Shown here: positions 28,947-37,914 of the stretch, piece by piece
Numbering within the stretch: position 1 is the first letter of the stretch
How the letters are laid out: each line of letters begins with the position of its first letter
DNA from: Thermoanaerobaculia bacterium
GTDB lineage: Bacteria > Acidobacteriota > Thermoanaerobaculia > Gp7-AA8
Direction: 5' to 3'
DNA: 53,310 nucleotides
Assembly (NCBI GenBank): GCA_035276365.1
Contig: DATELS010000330.1
Span: 1 to 53,310, forward strand
Translations under genes and position numbers: made by a program
The notes under the pieces: generated by a model
Told to the model about the DNA's origin: nothing
Databases searched by the model: none
The model's input: only the letters and a program-made list of their open reading frames with translations

Positions 28947-29255
28947 GTGAGATTGCGTGTTGCTCTCGCCCTCGTCTTGATCGCGGCGCTCGGCTGCATT
29001 CACAAGGAGCCGGAAGGCCTTCGTGAGGCAGCAACCCGCAATCGAGCCAACATTCAGAAGGTCACGCTGGGTCAGACGCCGAAAGACGTGGAGGCCTTTC
29101 TCGGTCCGCCGCAACGCCGGGAGGCGGTGCGTACGTCGCGCGGCGATGAGGACACGTGGAGTTACATCACCGACTACAACCGCCGGTTGATGACCGACGT
29201 GGTCTTCGTGAACGGCAAAGTGGCCGAAGTCCGAGAAGGCGACAAGTCCATCTGA
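28947..29255 (+). CDS. Small lipoprotein, BamE/SmpA-OmlA (DUF3192)-like; paralogue of 28037..28366
   Basis: GTG start with GAGGAGG upstream. Lipobox IAALGC. Contains VTLGQTPKDVEAFLGPPQRREAVRTSRGDEDTWSYITDY...FVNGKVAEVRE. Confidence 0.6.
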   Translation: MRLRVALALVLIAALGCIHKEPEGLREAATRNRANIQKVTLGQTPKDVEAFLGPPQRREAVRTSRGDEDTWSYITDYNRRLMTDVVFVNGKVAEVREGDKSI

Positions 29256-29285
29256 CCGCGGCGCACGGCAAGGAGAACTGGATTC

Positions 29286-30176
29286 ATGGGATCGGATCAC
29301 GCGCATAGCGCCGCCGGAGCGAACAAGCGGGCGCTTTCGCTCGTCTTCTGGTTTACCTCCGTCTATCTCGTGGCCGAGGTGGTTGGTGGCCTGCTTACAG
29401 GCAGCCTTGCCCTGCTCGCGGACGCCGGACACATGCTGACCGACGTCGCCGGAATCGGACTGGCGCTGCTGGCGATCCGCTTCGGAGAACGTCCCGCCAC
29501 AGCGTCACGAACGTACGGCTTCTATCGCGTGGAGATCCTCGCCGCCCTGGCGAATGCGATCGTTCTCATCGGCATCTCCATCTACATCCTCTACGAAGCG
29601 TACGAGCGCTTCAAAAACCCTCCGAAGATTTCGACCGGCCCGATGTTGATCGTCGCGGCGATCGGCCTCGGGGTGAACATCGCCGGAATGGTCCTTCTCA
29701 GGAAGGGCTCGAAGGAAAGCCTGAACATGAAGGGCGCCTACTTCGAGGTGCTCTCGGACATGCTCACGTCGGTCGGCGTCATCGTCGCCGCGGTGATCAT
29801 GTGGCTCACCGGCTGGTATTACGCCGACCCGCTGATCTCTGCCGGAATCGGCTTGTTCATCCTGCCGCGCACCTGGGTTCTTTTGCGAGAGGCGGTTGGT
29901 GTGCTGTTGGAAGGAACTCCGGCCGACATCAATCTCGCGGCCATCCGCGAGATGGTCGACCGTCTGCCCGGCGTGCGCGAGATGCACGATCTCCACGTCT
30001 GGACGCTCACCTCCGGCGTCAACGCGATGAGCGCGCATGTCGTGATCATGGACGACTCGCTTCATAACGAGGTGCTCTCGGCCTTGCACGACACCATCAC
30101 CAGTAACTTCAAGATCGCGCACGTGACGGTGCAGCTCGAAAGAGAAGGATGGAAAGAGTGCGAGGCGCATCTGTGA
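29286..30176 (+). CDS. czcD: Cation diffusion facilitator (CzcD/ZitB-type)
   Basis: LVAEVVGGLLTGSLALLADAGHMLTDV, FEVLSDMLTS, and a C-terminal domain with VREMHDLHVWTLTSG. Confidence 0.9.
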   Translation: MGSDHAHSAAGANKRALSLVFWFTSVYLVAEVVGGLLTGSLALLADAGHMLTDVAGIGLALLAIRFGERPATASRTYGFYRVEILAALANAIVLIGISIYILYEAYERFKNPPKISTGPMLIVAAIGLGVNIAGMVLLRKGSKESLNMKGAYFEVLSDMLTSVGVIVAAVIMWLTGWYYADPLISAGIGLFILPRTWVLLREAVGVLLEGTPADINLAAIREMVDRLPGVREMHDLHVWTLTSGVNAMSAHVVIMDDSLHNEVLSALHDTITSNFKIAHVTVQLEREGWKECEAHL

Positions 30177-30574
30177 AACACCGCCCTACCTTGTCGTTCG
30201 CTTGCCTGGCCGTGTTCCTCGCCGCCGTGACGCTGACGCGCTGCGCCGAGAAACTGCCGCCGGAAGGGCCGTCGGAGGAGGAGATCCTCAAGGCCATGCA
30301 CGACGATCTTTCCGTCTCCCACAAGGTCACCGATTTCATGATCAAGGACGACGATGGGATCGATCTGCTGGCCGAGCGCCTCAGCAAGGATCCTCGAGCC
30401 GCGGCGCAGCTTTTCGAGGCGATTGCCCGCAAAGGAGGCGGGCAGAAAGCCATCGCCGTGGCCTGTCTTCGCGTAGCGGAGTGGGAGCGGCAGCAGACTG
30501 CTCCACCTGTCCCGCCGGCCACTTCCTCTGGTGCGGAGGAATTGCAGAGACAGCCACCGGGAGGAAAGGAATGA
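30173..30574 (+). CDS. Hypothetical exported or membrane-anchored protein
   Basis: GTG overlaps the czcD stop (GTGA). Hydrophobic N-terminus TLSFACLAVFLAAVTLT is followed by a helical region. No recognised motifs. Confidence 0.4.
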   Translation: MKHRPTLSFACLAVFLAAVTLTRCAEKLPPEGPSEEEILKAMHDDLSVSHKVTDFMIKDDDGIDLLAERLSKDPRAAAQLFEAIARKGGGQKAIAVACLRVAEWERQQTAPPVPPATSSGAEELQRQPPGGKE

Positions 30575-30638
30575 AGAGAGCGATGCTGATCGCACTTCTG
30601 GCTCAAGACGGGCGAGCTCGGAGGCCGTCATCTGATGG

Positions 30639-33134
30639 GTGGCTGCCACGCGTTCCCCGAAGAGGCGCGACTTGAACAAGCACAAGCTGGATCTCGACCT
30701 CGGACTGCCGGCCGACGGCGCGGCATGCGATGCCTGCGTGACGAGACTGCTCGATACGGTTCGCCCGATGCGCGGCATCATCGAGGCCCACGTCGATACC
30801 GCGGATGCGAAGCACCCGAAACTGTGCCTTCACTACGATCCCGACTCGGTGCGACTGGAGGACATCCAGGCGCGCGTCGAGCGCGCAGGCGTGGAGCTGA
30901 AAGCGCGCTTCGATCACCTGTCCGTGCCGCTCGCCGGCTTGCGGCACGAGCGTCAGGCCAAGCTCGCCGAGGGCGTGTTTGCCGAGCAGCCGGGCGTTCT
31001 GCATGCGGCGGTGTCGTTCGGCGCGCGCCGCCTCTACGTGGAGTTCGATCCCGCGCAGACGACGCGCGAGGCGCTGCTGGCCGTCGCGGCGCAAGCAGGG
31101 GTCGCGACCTATGAGGAACCGGCGTCTCCCACGGCGGCGGCGGAGAAGCACGAGGAGCAGGAGCACGAGCACGGCGGTCCGTTCGGGGAGCGTTCGGAGC
31201 TCGTCTTCAGCCTCGCCTGCGGCGCTCTCACCGGCGCAGGCTGGGCGATCGGCAAGCTCGGCGCCGCGCCGGTCGTCTCGACGGTGTTGTTCATCCTCGC
31301 CTATGTCCTCGGCTCGTGGTTCACGCTCAAGGAGGTCGTGGTCGCGCTGCGCGCACGCCGTTTCGAGATCGACTTCCTGATGCTCGTCGCCGCGGCCGGC
31401 GCGGCGATCCTCGGCGAATGGTTCGAAGGAGCCTTGCTGCTGTTCCTGTTCACGTTCGGCCACGCGCTGGAGGGCTTTGCCATGGGTCGCGCGCGCAAGG
31501 CCATCGAGGCGCTGGCCAAGCTCGCACCGGAGACGGCACTGCGGCTCGATGCATCGGGCGCGACTTCCGAAGTTGCGGTCGGCGAGCTCGCCATCGGCGA
31601 TCGCCTGCTCGTGAAGCCGAACACGCGCATCCCCGCGGACGGCTTCGTCCTCTCCGGCACGAGCAGCGTCGATCAGGCACCGATCACTGGCGAGAGCGTT
31701 CCCGTCGAAAAGCGGCCGGTGCCGGATGGCGAGACGGCGGCGGTGAAGCCGGAGAGTCTCGCGGCGGAGCATCGACTATTTGCGGGCACCATCAACGGCC
31801 CGGCAGCTCTGACGATGAGCGTGACCAAACGCTCCGGCGACAGCACCCTCGCGCGGGTGGTGAAGATGGTCGCCGAGGCGGAGACCCAGAAGTCGCCGAC
31901 CCAGCAGTTCACGGATCGCTTCGAGCGCATCTTCGTGCCGGTCATCCTGGCCGCCGTCGGGTTGCTGCTGTTCGCATGGGTGGTCGTTGACGAGCCGTTC
32001 TCCCGCAGCTTCTATCGGGCCATGGCCGTTCTCGTCGCGGCCAGTCCATGTGCGCTGGCCATCGCTACGCCGAGTGCGGTACTGGCGGGCGTCGCGCGCG
32101 CCGCACGCGGCGGTGTGCTGGTCAAGGGAGGCGCGCACCTCGAATCCCTGGGCATGGTGAAGGCGATCGCCTTCGACAAGACCGGCACGGTGACGGAGGG
32201 AAAGCCGAAGCTGACCGACGTCGCCGCCATGCAGGGCGTTGCAGAACGCGAGCTGCTCGACGTCGCACTCGCGGTCGAAAAACACTCCGACCATCCGCTG
32301 GCCGGCGCGATCGTGTCCGGCGTGCTGGAGCGGTCGTCGGGCGCGTCCTCCGCGCCTGACGCCGAGGCGGTCGAGGCCATCATCGGCTTCGGCGTGAAGG
32401 GCCGCGTCAACGGGGAGACCATCCTCATGGGCAAGGTGGGCCTCTTCACGCGCGAGGCGCCTCTTCCCGCCGACGTGGCCGCCGCGGCAGATCGACTCCA
32501 GCAGAGCGGCAGGACGATCATGATCGTGAAAGCCGGGCAACGTTTCCTCGGCGTGCTCGGCGTGATGGACACGCCGCGCGAGGCCGCGCGCGAAGTCGTC
32601 GCCGGGCTGCACCGGCTCGGCGTGCAGAAGACGATCATGCTCACCGGCGACAACCAGCGCGTCGCCGACGAGGTTGCCCGGCAGATCGGCATCACCGAGG
32701 CGCGGGGCGACCTGTTGCCGGAGGACAAAGTCGCCGCCATCGCGGAGCTGGCGCGTTCGGCCACGCGCGTGGCCATGGTCGGAGACGGCGTGAACGACGC
32801 CCCCGCCATGGCCAACGCCACGGTCGGTGTGACGATGGGGGCGGGCGGCTCGGACGTGGCCCTCGAAACGGCGGATGTCGCGCTCATGGCGGACGATCTT
32901 CGCGCGCTCCCCTTTGCCGTGGGCCTCAGTCGCGCCACGCGCCGCATCATCCGCCAGAACCTCTGGGCCAGTCTGGGAATGGTGGCCTTTCTGATCCCGG
33001 CGACGATCTTCGGTTTCGCAGGGATCGGGATCGCCGTGGCACTGCATGAGGGATCGACGTTGATCGTGGTGGCGAATGCGCTGCGACTGCTGGCGTACGA
33101 CGACAAAACGCGTGCGAGCGAGGCACATCTGTGA
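30639..33134 (+). CDS. Heavy-metal P1B-type ATPase, P1B-4-like (SPC plus HEGST motifs) with an extended N-terminal metal-binding region
   Basis: HMA-like domain with GAACDACVTRL, a second Cys-less HMA-like domain, and a His/Glu linker EKHEEQEHEHG. Also TGESVPV, SPCALAIATP, DKTGTVT, GDGVNDAPAM and HEGSTLIVVANALRLL. The start codon is uncertain (GTG 30639). Confidence 0.9.
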   Translation: MAATRSPKRRDLNKHKLDLDLGLPADGAACDACVTRLLDTVRPMRGIIEAHVDTADAKHPKLCLHYDPDSVRLEDIQARVERAGVELKARFDHLSVPLAGLRHERQAKLAEGVFAEQPGVLHAAVSFGARRLYVEFDPAQTTREALLAVAAQAGVATYEEPASPTAAAEKHEEQEHEHGGPFGERSELVFSLACGALTGAGWAIGKLGAAPVVSTVLFILAYVLGSWFTLKEVVVALRARRFEIDFLMLVAAAGAAILGEWFEGALLLFLFTFGHALEGFAMGRARKAIEALAKLAPETALRLDASGATSEVAVGELAIGDRLLVKPNTRIPADGFVLSGTSSVDQAPITGESVPVEKRPVPDGETAAVKPESLAAEHRLFAGTINGPAALTMSVTKRSGDSTLARVVKMVAEAETQKSPTQQFTDRFERIFVPVILAAVGLLLFAWVVVDEPFSRSFYRAMAVLVAASPCALAIATPSAVLAGVARAARGGVLVKGGAHLESLGMVKAIAFDKTGTVTEGKPKLTDVAAMQGVAERELLDVALAVEKHSDHPLAGAIVSGVLERSSGASSAPDAEAVEAIIGFGVKGRVNGETILMGKVGLFTREAPLPADVAAAADRLQQSGRTIMIVKAGQRFLGVLGVMDTPREAAREVVAGLHRLGVQKTIMLTGDNQRVADEVARQIGITEARGDLLPEDKVAAIAELARSATRVAMVGDGVNDAPAMANATVGVTMGAGGSDVALETADVALMADDLRALPFAVGLSRATRRIIRQNLWASLGMVAFLIPATIFGFAGIGIAVALHEGSTLIVVANALRLLAYDDKTRASEAHL

Positions 33135-33181
33135 GCCGCGAAAGCAGAAGAATTGCAGAGCCCAGCAGTGGGAGGAATGTG

Positions 33182-34432
33182 ATGAAACGAGTTCTGACGG
33201 CGGCCGCTCTGGTGGCTGCGATGGCTTGCAGCAGGCAGGAAGTGGCCGAGAAGAAAGATGCGGCGGCAGAGAGCGCGAAAGCGGCCGTCGAGAAGGTCCA
33301 GGACGCGTTCGACGCCTCGACGCCGACCGGCACCGGACCGACGCCCGAGGAGATCGAGCGCGAACGGCGGAGCCAGGAATGGCGAAAGCTGCAGTCGTTC
33401 CGGGCGGCGCAGGCGCGTCAGGCCGCGGCGCAGCCTCCGGCAGCATCAGGCCCGGCGCTCACGTTCGTGAACGATCCGAAGTTCGGCGAGAAGCTGAGCG
33501 GCGCCGACGCGTCTACGTTCGAGACGCTTCCGATCCGCGTGCCGATCAAAGGCGATGTGAATGGGGCGTCCGTGCTGAGGGCGCAGATCCTGCTCGACCG
33601 GGCGAACTACTCGGTCGGTCCGATCGACGGCCACTGGGGAAAGAACTCCGAGATCGCCGTCTACTGGTTCCAGCAGCAGAACGGCATCGAGCCGACCGGC
33701 GACGTCGATGAAGCGACGTACCGCACGCTCGTCCGTGCGGCCGGCGGCGCGACGGCGCTCGTGCAGCACCAGCTCACCGCGGAGGATGTGCAGGGGCCGT
33801 TCGTCCGCATCCCCGAGGACGTGTACGAGCAGGCGAAGCTCGACTGTCTCTGCTACGAGTCGGTGGCCGAGAAGCTCGCGGAACGATTCCACACCACCGT
33901 CGAAACGCTGGAGCTGCTCAACCCGCAGGTGCGCCTCACCGAGCTGCAGGCGGGACAAGCCATCCTCGCTCCGAACGTGCGCGCAGGCGCGCCGGAGAAT
34001 GCGCCGAAGAACATCGCCCGCATCGCCATCTCGATCAAGGGCAACTACTTTCACGGCCACGACGCCAACGACAACATCGTCTTTCATGCGCCGACCACGC
34101 TCGGCTCGAAATACGACCCTTCCCCCACCGAGACGTTGAAGCTGGTCAAGACGGCGTTCGATCCGCACTTCAAGTACCAACCGAAGCTCTTCGCCGAGGT
34201 GCCGGACGACGAGCCGGAGGCCGACCTGCAGCCGGGGCCGAACTCGCCGGTCGGCGTGGTCTGGATGGCGCTCAGCAAACCGCACTACGGCATCCATGGC
34301 ACGAGCACGCCCGACACCATCGGCTACGCGTCGTCGCACGGCTGCGTGCGGCTGACGAATTGGGACGCGCTGGACGTGGCTCGGCGCACGCCGGAAGGGA
34401 CGCGCGTCGACTTCGTCGATACGCGCCACTGA
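33182..34432 (+). CDS. L,D-transpeptidase (YkuD family) lipoprotein with a peptidoglycan-binding domain
   Basis: Lipobox AAMAC. PG_binding-like VLRAQILLDRANYSVGPIDGHWGKNSEIAVYWFQQQNGI. Catalytic block is HYGIHGTSTPDTIGYASSHGCVRLTNWD. Confidence 0.85.
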   Translation: MKRVLTAAALVAAMACSRQEVAEKKDAAAESAKAAVEKVQDAFDASTPTGTGPTPEEIERERRSQEWRKLQSFRAAQARQAAAQPPAASGPALTFVNDPKFGEKLSGADASTFETLPIRVPIKGDVNGASVLRAQILLDRANYSVGPIDGHWGKNSEIAVYWFQQQNGIEPTGDVDEATYRTLVRAAGGATALVQHQLTAEDVQGPFVRIPEDVYEQAKLDCLCYESVAEKLAERFHTTVETLELLNPQVRLTELQAGQAILAPNVRAGAPENAPKNIARIAISIKGNYFHGHDANDNIVFHAPTTLGSKYDPSPTETLKLVKTAFDPHFKYQPKLFAEVPDDEPEADLQPGPNSPVGVVWMALSKPHYGIHGTSTPDTIGYASSHGCVRLTNWDALDVARRTPEGTRVDFVDTRH

Positions 34433-34448
34433 GGAGCAGGAGAACCAA

Positions 34449-34961
34449 TTGAGATCAACGTTCGCACTGTTCGCGGTCACACTGGTCCTCGGCTGCGGAA
34501 CCATGTCCGCTCCGACCACTCCAACGGCCGCTCCCGCAGCCGATGATCTCCGCTGGATCGATACGCTGCGAGCGCTCGATGAACGAGCGGATCGCGTGGT
34601 TGGCGCCGCGAATTTTCAGAGCTCGCGCAAGGAGTTGAGCGCCTTCGGCGACGAGGCTGCCCATGGGCACAGGAAGCGCAGCGAGGAGATCAAGAGCTGG
34701 CGCGACTCAGCGTTCCCGAAGGCGATCGAGCGCGTCGAGCTCCCGCCATGCGCGCAGCAGGAGTTCGATGTCGGCTCCAAACCTTCGGATCTGCAGATCC
34801 TCGACACATTCATCGCGCACCGGGAATGCGTATCGAGTTACGCAAGCCAGGCGCTCGCGAATGTCCGTTCCACCACCGCGCGACACGTGCTCGAGGAGGC
34901 GGCGCGCACCTTCGAGGCTGAGCTGAAACAGCTCCGGACGTGGAGGGAGACATGGCGTTGA
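34449..34961 (+). CDS. Helical lipoprotein, DUF305/ferritin-like; paralogue of 37141..37644
   Basis: TTG start. Lipobox LVLGC. FIAHRECVSSYASQAL...ARHVLEEAARTFEAELKQLRTW parallels LIETHECALDLL...ITRQYQRELVALR in the other copy. Confidence 0.45.
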   Translation: MRSTFALFAVTLVLGCGTMSAPTTPTAAPAADDLRWIDTLRALDERADRVVGAANFQSSRKELSAFGDEAAHGHRKRSEEIKSWRDSAFPKAIERVELPPCAQQEFDVGSKPSDLQILDTFIAHRECVSSYASQALANVRSTTARHVLEEAARTFEAELKQLRTWRETWR

Positions 34962-35566
34962 CGGCCGCTGTTCGCAGAGCCGCATCGGTCGGCGTTCTGC
35001 TGTTCATCGTCGCCGCGTGCGAGAGCCCGGATGTCACGGCACCGGCTCCCGACGACCACGTCCGCGGACCGTCGGACGCGAAGGTGACGCTCATCGAGTA
35101 CGGCGACTATCAATGTCCGCCATGCAGTAACTCTGCGCTGGCAGTCGAGCGTCTCCTGGCCGAACATCCGCGCGATCTCCGATTCGTTTACCGGCATTTC
35201 CCCACGCGACGCCATCGCAACGCAGTGCCCGCGGCCAAGGCTGCCGAGGCGGCGGAACAGCAGGGAAAATTCTGGGAGATGCACGCCATGCTGCTTGCGA
35301 AGCAGCAGGAGTGGTACGGCGCAGGCGCACCGAAGGAGACGTTCCTCCGCTACGCCCGCGAGCTCGGACTCGATGAGACGCGATTCCGCGCAGCGGCGGA
35401 CTCCGACCAGCTCGAGCGGCGCATCCGCGACAGTCACGAGCATGGCCGCACGATGGGCGTTCGCGGTGCACCGGCGTTCTTCCTGAACGGAAAGCGTCTG
35501 ATGCCGACACCGCTCAGTCACGAGGACCTGAAACGCCACGTCACCGCGGCACTTGCGGCGCAGTAA
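34952..35566 (+). CDS. DsbA-family thiol:disulfide oxidoreductase lipoprotein
   Basis: Lipobox IVAAC. Contains LIEYGDYQCPPCSNS (CPPC), FVYRHFP, GKFWEMH and GVRGAPAFFLNG. Confidence 0.85.
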   Translation: MALTAAVRRAASVGVLLFIVAACESPDVTAPAPDDHVRGPSDAKVTLIEYGDYQCPPCSNSALAVERLLAEHPRDLRFVYRHFPTRRHRNAVPAAKAAEAAEQQGKFWEMHAMLLAKQQEWYGAGAPKETFLRYARELGLDETRFRAAADSDQLERRIRDSHEHGRTMGVRGAPAFFLNGKRLMPTPLSHEDLKRHVTAALAAQ

Positions 35567-35576
35567 GGAGACGCCG

Positions 35577-35912
35577 ATGTCGAGAAACCTGTTTCCGATC
35601 GTTCTTCTGGTCGCCCTGGTCCTAGGCTGTCAACAGAAACAGGCCGCGCCGCCCACCGACACGCACGGCCTGGCGGAAGAGGTTCACCACAAGCCGGAGC
35701 TCGCGCGAAAGATCATCGCCGACGTCGTCGCCGAGCCGCACGGCGTGACCATGATCGCCGAGGAGTTGGCGAAGAACGAGATGGCGGCGGCCAGCGTCGT
35801 CGATGAGCTGATGAAGCAACCCGCGATCGCCGACGCGATCGCCGATCGATGTGCTGCCGCCGCGATCGCACGCCAGGTCGAGGGTGGCAAGTCGTCTTCG
35901 AAGAAGAGGTGA
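35577..35912 (+). CDS. Small helical lipoprotein, hypothetical
   Basis: TAAGGAG RBS. Lipobox LVLGC. The mature part is Ala/Glu-rich and helical, with His residues (THGLAEEVHHKPE). Confidence 0.5.
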   Translation: MSRNLFPIVLLVALVLGCQQKQAAPPTDTHGLAEEVHHKPELARKIIADVVAEPHGVTMIAEELAKNEMAAASVVDELMKQPAIADAIADRCAAAAIARQVEGGKSSSKKR

Positions 35913-35916
35913 TGTG

Positions 35917-36915
35917 ATGCGATCCGCACATCTGTTCCTGGTGCTCAGTTCGGTCTTAACCACGGTCGGCGCGAGCGCGCAACCGCAGGACGTGGCAACG
36001 CCTCGGGTCCTCGAAGCGGTCGGCACTCGTCCCGATGGCTCAGCGGGATTAGGCGACCGGCTGACTGTCCGCGTCCGCAATCTTGATGTTCTCCTCGAGA
36101 CCACACGCGGATGTCAGGGTGTCGTGCTCTTCCTCTCCGACATGTCCGTGCCCAATCTTCCGCCGGAAATGTGCGACACGCGGACAGGGGAGGTTCGATT
36201 CCTCCTCGACCGGAAGCCCGAAGACGACGCGAACAATCGAGCATGGCATCAGCTCCTCGGCCGGCCGCAGGCATCGCTGCGCCGAGTGAGCGTGACCCTC
36301 GGCACCACAAACCTCGCGGTCATTCCGACGAGCGTGCGCCGCTTCCCGCTCTTCATGATTCCTCGCGACGAGCTCGCGATCTTTGCGCTCCTACTGGTTG
36401 CGTTCGTCGGTGTTGCCGTGATGCTCAGTCGCCGCACCAGCCTCATTCGAAAAGGCGGATCCGTCCGCGGTGCTCTCGGTCCATACAGTTTCTCGAAGGC
36501 ACAGCAGATGTTTTGGTTCATCCTCTTCGCCGCCGCGTTCGTCTTTCTCTGGATGATGACCGGCGAGGTCGATACGCTCACCGAATCCGTCCTGGCGCTC
36601 CTCGGCGTCAGCGCCGGAACAGGCGTCGCCGCGTGGATGATCGATAGCTCCCGCGATGCCGGCACCGCAGAGTCCCGCGGTTTCCTGCTCGATATCCTCT
36701 CGGACGGCGGCGGCCTGGCCATTCATCGAGTGCAAGCCGCTGCATGGACGCTCGTCCTCGGCGTCGTCTTCTGCGTGACCGTCTACCGCACGCTGTTCAT
36801 GCCGCAGTTCAGCTTCACGCTGATCGCGCTCATGGGGATCAGCGCCGGAACGTATGTCGCCTTCAAGTTGCCTGAGGGCCGCGTGTCGCGGACCAATCCG
36901 GCGACAGCCGTTTGA
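35917..36915 (+). CDS. Membrane protein with a periplasmic N-domain and about 4 TM helices, hypothetical
   Basis: Start at MRSAHLFLVLSSVLTTVGASA. Later TM segments include IFALLLVAFVGVAVML, MFWFILFAAAFVFLWMM and AAAWTLVLGVVFCV. Confidence 0.5.
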   Translation: MRSAHLFLVLSSVLTTVGASAQPQDVATPRVLEAVGTRPDGSAGLGDRLTVRVRNLDVLLETTRGCQGVVLFLSDMSVPNLPPEMCDTRTGEVRFLLDRKPEDDANNRAWHQLLGRPQASLRRVSVTLGTTNLAVIPTSVRRFPLFMIPRDELAIFALLLVAFVGVAVMLSRRTSLIRKGGSVRGALGPYSFSKAQQMFWFILFAAAFVFLWMMTGEVDTLTESVLALLGVSAGTGVAAWMIDSSRDAGTAESRGFLLDILSDGGGLAIHRVQAAAWTLVLGVVFCVTVYRTLFMPQFSFTLIALMGISAGTYVAFKLPEGRVSRTNPATAV

Positions 36916-37129
36916 TCCAGACGCTGCCGACTACCTGCACGGCGATCAGGATCAGGTGAACGGATGCGAATAGCAGCGCCGGCAGGGGAACTGCCGCGGG
37001 CGGGAAGCAGAGCACGACCGCGCTCACAACCTCGGCGAAGCTGATGTGCCGCTTCGCGATGCGGTGATGCAGCAGATGCGCGGCCTGGACGACGAGGAGC
37101 GCGAAGTAGGTGGACTGCGGATCAATCAT
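36863..37129 (-). CDS. Small membrane protein (88 aa), hypothetical
   Basis: MIDPQSTYFALLVVQAAHLLHHRIAK...VVLCFPPAAVPLPALLFASVHLILIAVQVVG. It follows the gene at 37141 by 12 nt. Its 3' end overlaps the convergent gene by 53 nt. Confidence 0.4.
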   Translation of the reverse strand: MIDPQSTYFALLVVQAAHLLHHRIAKRHISFAEVVSAVVLCFPPAAVPLPALLFASVHLILIAVQVVGSVWIKRLSPDWSATRGPQAT

Positions 37130-37140
37130 CAGGTTGGAGC

Positions 37141-37644
37141 CTACCTCAGTGGAATGCTTCTCAGCGCGACGAGCTCCCGTTGGTACTGCCGGGTGATGTC
37201 CGCCACCAATCGGTGCTCGACGCTTTCGCGTTTCTCGCATCGGTCATCGCGAAGTAGATCGAGCGCGCATTCGTGCGTTTCGATCAGTGCCGCCACGATT
37301 GCAGCATCCCGCTGTCCACCGCGAGTGTTGATCGGCACGCCCATCGATGAGCAGCCGGATGCACGTGCGATTTCATGATCCGGCTCCGCGTGCTCTCGCC
37401 ACTGCTCGAGCATCGTGCGGCGGCGGCTGCGATCCGTCGCAAGCGTATCGGCGACGCGCCGCACGTCCATGTCGCCTGCGTTCCGCGCCTGCGAGATCAG
37501 GCGATCGGAACGGTTATCGAGCTCGGCGACCGCGTGAAGGATGCAGTGGTCATCGAGGTGCTGCCCGGTTGTCGGCTCGCCGATGAATCCCGCTGCGCAC
37601 GAAGCGACGACGAACGCCACCGCAATCGCACCGATGAATCGCAT
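37141..37644 (-). CDS. Helical lipoprotein, DUF305/ferritin-like; paralogue of 34449..34961
   Basis: Lipobox VVASC. Shares the H-x-E-C helix and the C-terminal Q..EL..LR helix with the other copy. Confidence 0.45.
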   Translation of the reverse strand: MRFIGAIAVAFVVASCAAGFIGEPTTGQHLDDHCILHAVAELDNRSDRLISQARNAGDMDVRRVADTLATDRSRRRTMLEQWREHAEPDHEIARASGCSSMGVPINTRGGQRDAAIVAALIETHECALDLLRDDRCEKRESVEHRLVADITRQYQRELVALRSIPLR

Positions 37645-37683
37645 GCGGCGGTTTTAGGACGCGATCATGGTCGATGTCAATCG

Positions 37684-37897
37684 GCGCCACTCAGATTCGC
37701 TGTCGTCCAGATGAGATTGATCCGACCGTGGATCACTTTTAAGTGACCGCGGGTCGGATTCACCGTCCTCAGGACGAGATTCATCCCATCGCGGATCACT
37801 TTTAAGTGACCGCGGATCGAGTTCAACTGTCCTCCAGGCGAGACTCATCCGACCGCGGCTCGAATAAAAGCGACCGCCGATCACATAAAAGTGATCC
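37684..37897. repeat. Three and a partial fourth tandem copies of a 63-64 bp unit, each ending in a GATCAC-N6-GTGA(T/C)C-type palindrome
   Basis: Units at 37684-37748, 37749-37811 and 37812-37875, plus a partial unit at 37876-37897. Palindromes are GATCACTTTTAAGTGACC (37731-37748 and 37794-37811), the degenerate GCTCGAATAAAAGCGACC (37858-37875), and GATCACATAAAAGTGATC (37879-37896). Confidence 0.8.
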
Positions 37898-37914
37898 TGC
37901 GTCGCATGAAAGTG

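Noticed and set aside
36863-36915. 53-nt convergent overlap between 35917..36915 and 36863..37129
   Set aside because: It may only reflect a poorly defined 3' end of one low-confidence ORF. It is not interpreted as a regulatory feature.
37654-37884. 76-aa ORF with 21-aa peptide repeats (DPRSLKSDPR...)
   Set aside because: Its periodicity simply mirrors the 63-bp DNA tandem repeat. It has no RBS and a composition unlike a real protein, so it is treated as non-coding repeat DNA.
37684-37897. Possible CRISPR array
   Set aside because: The units abut directly with no unique spacers, the repeats are only about 75 percent identical, and no cas genes are present.
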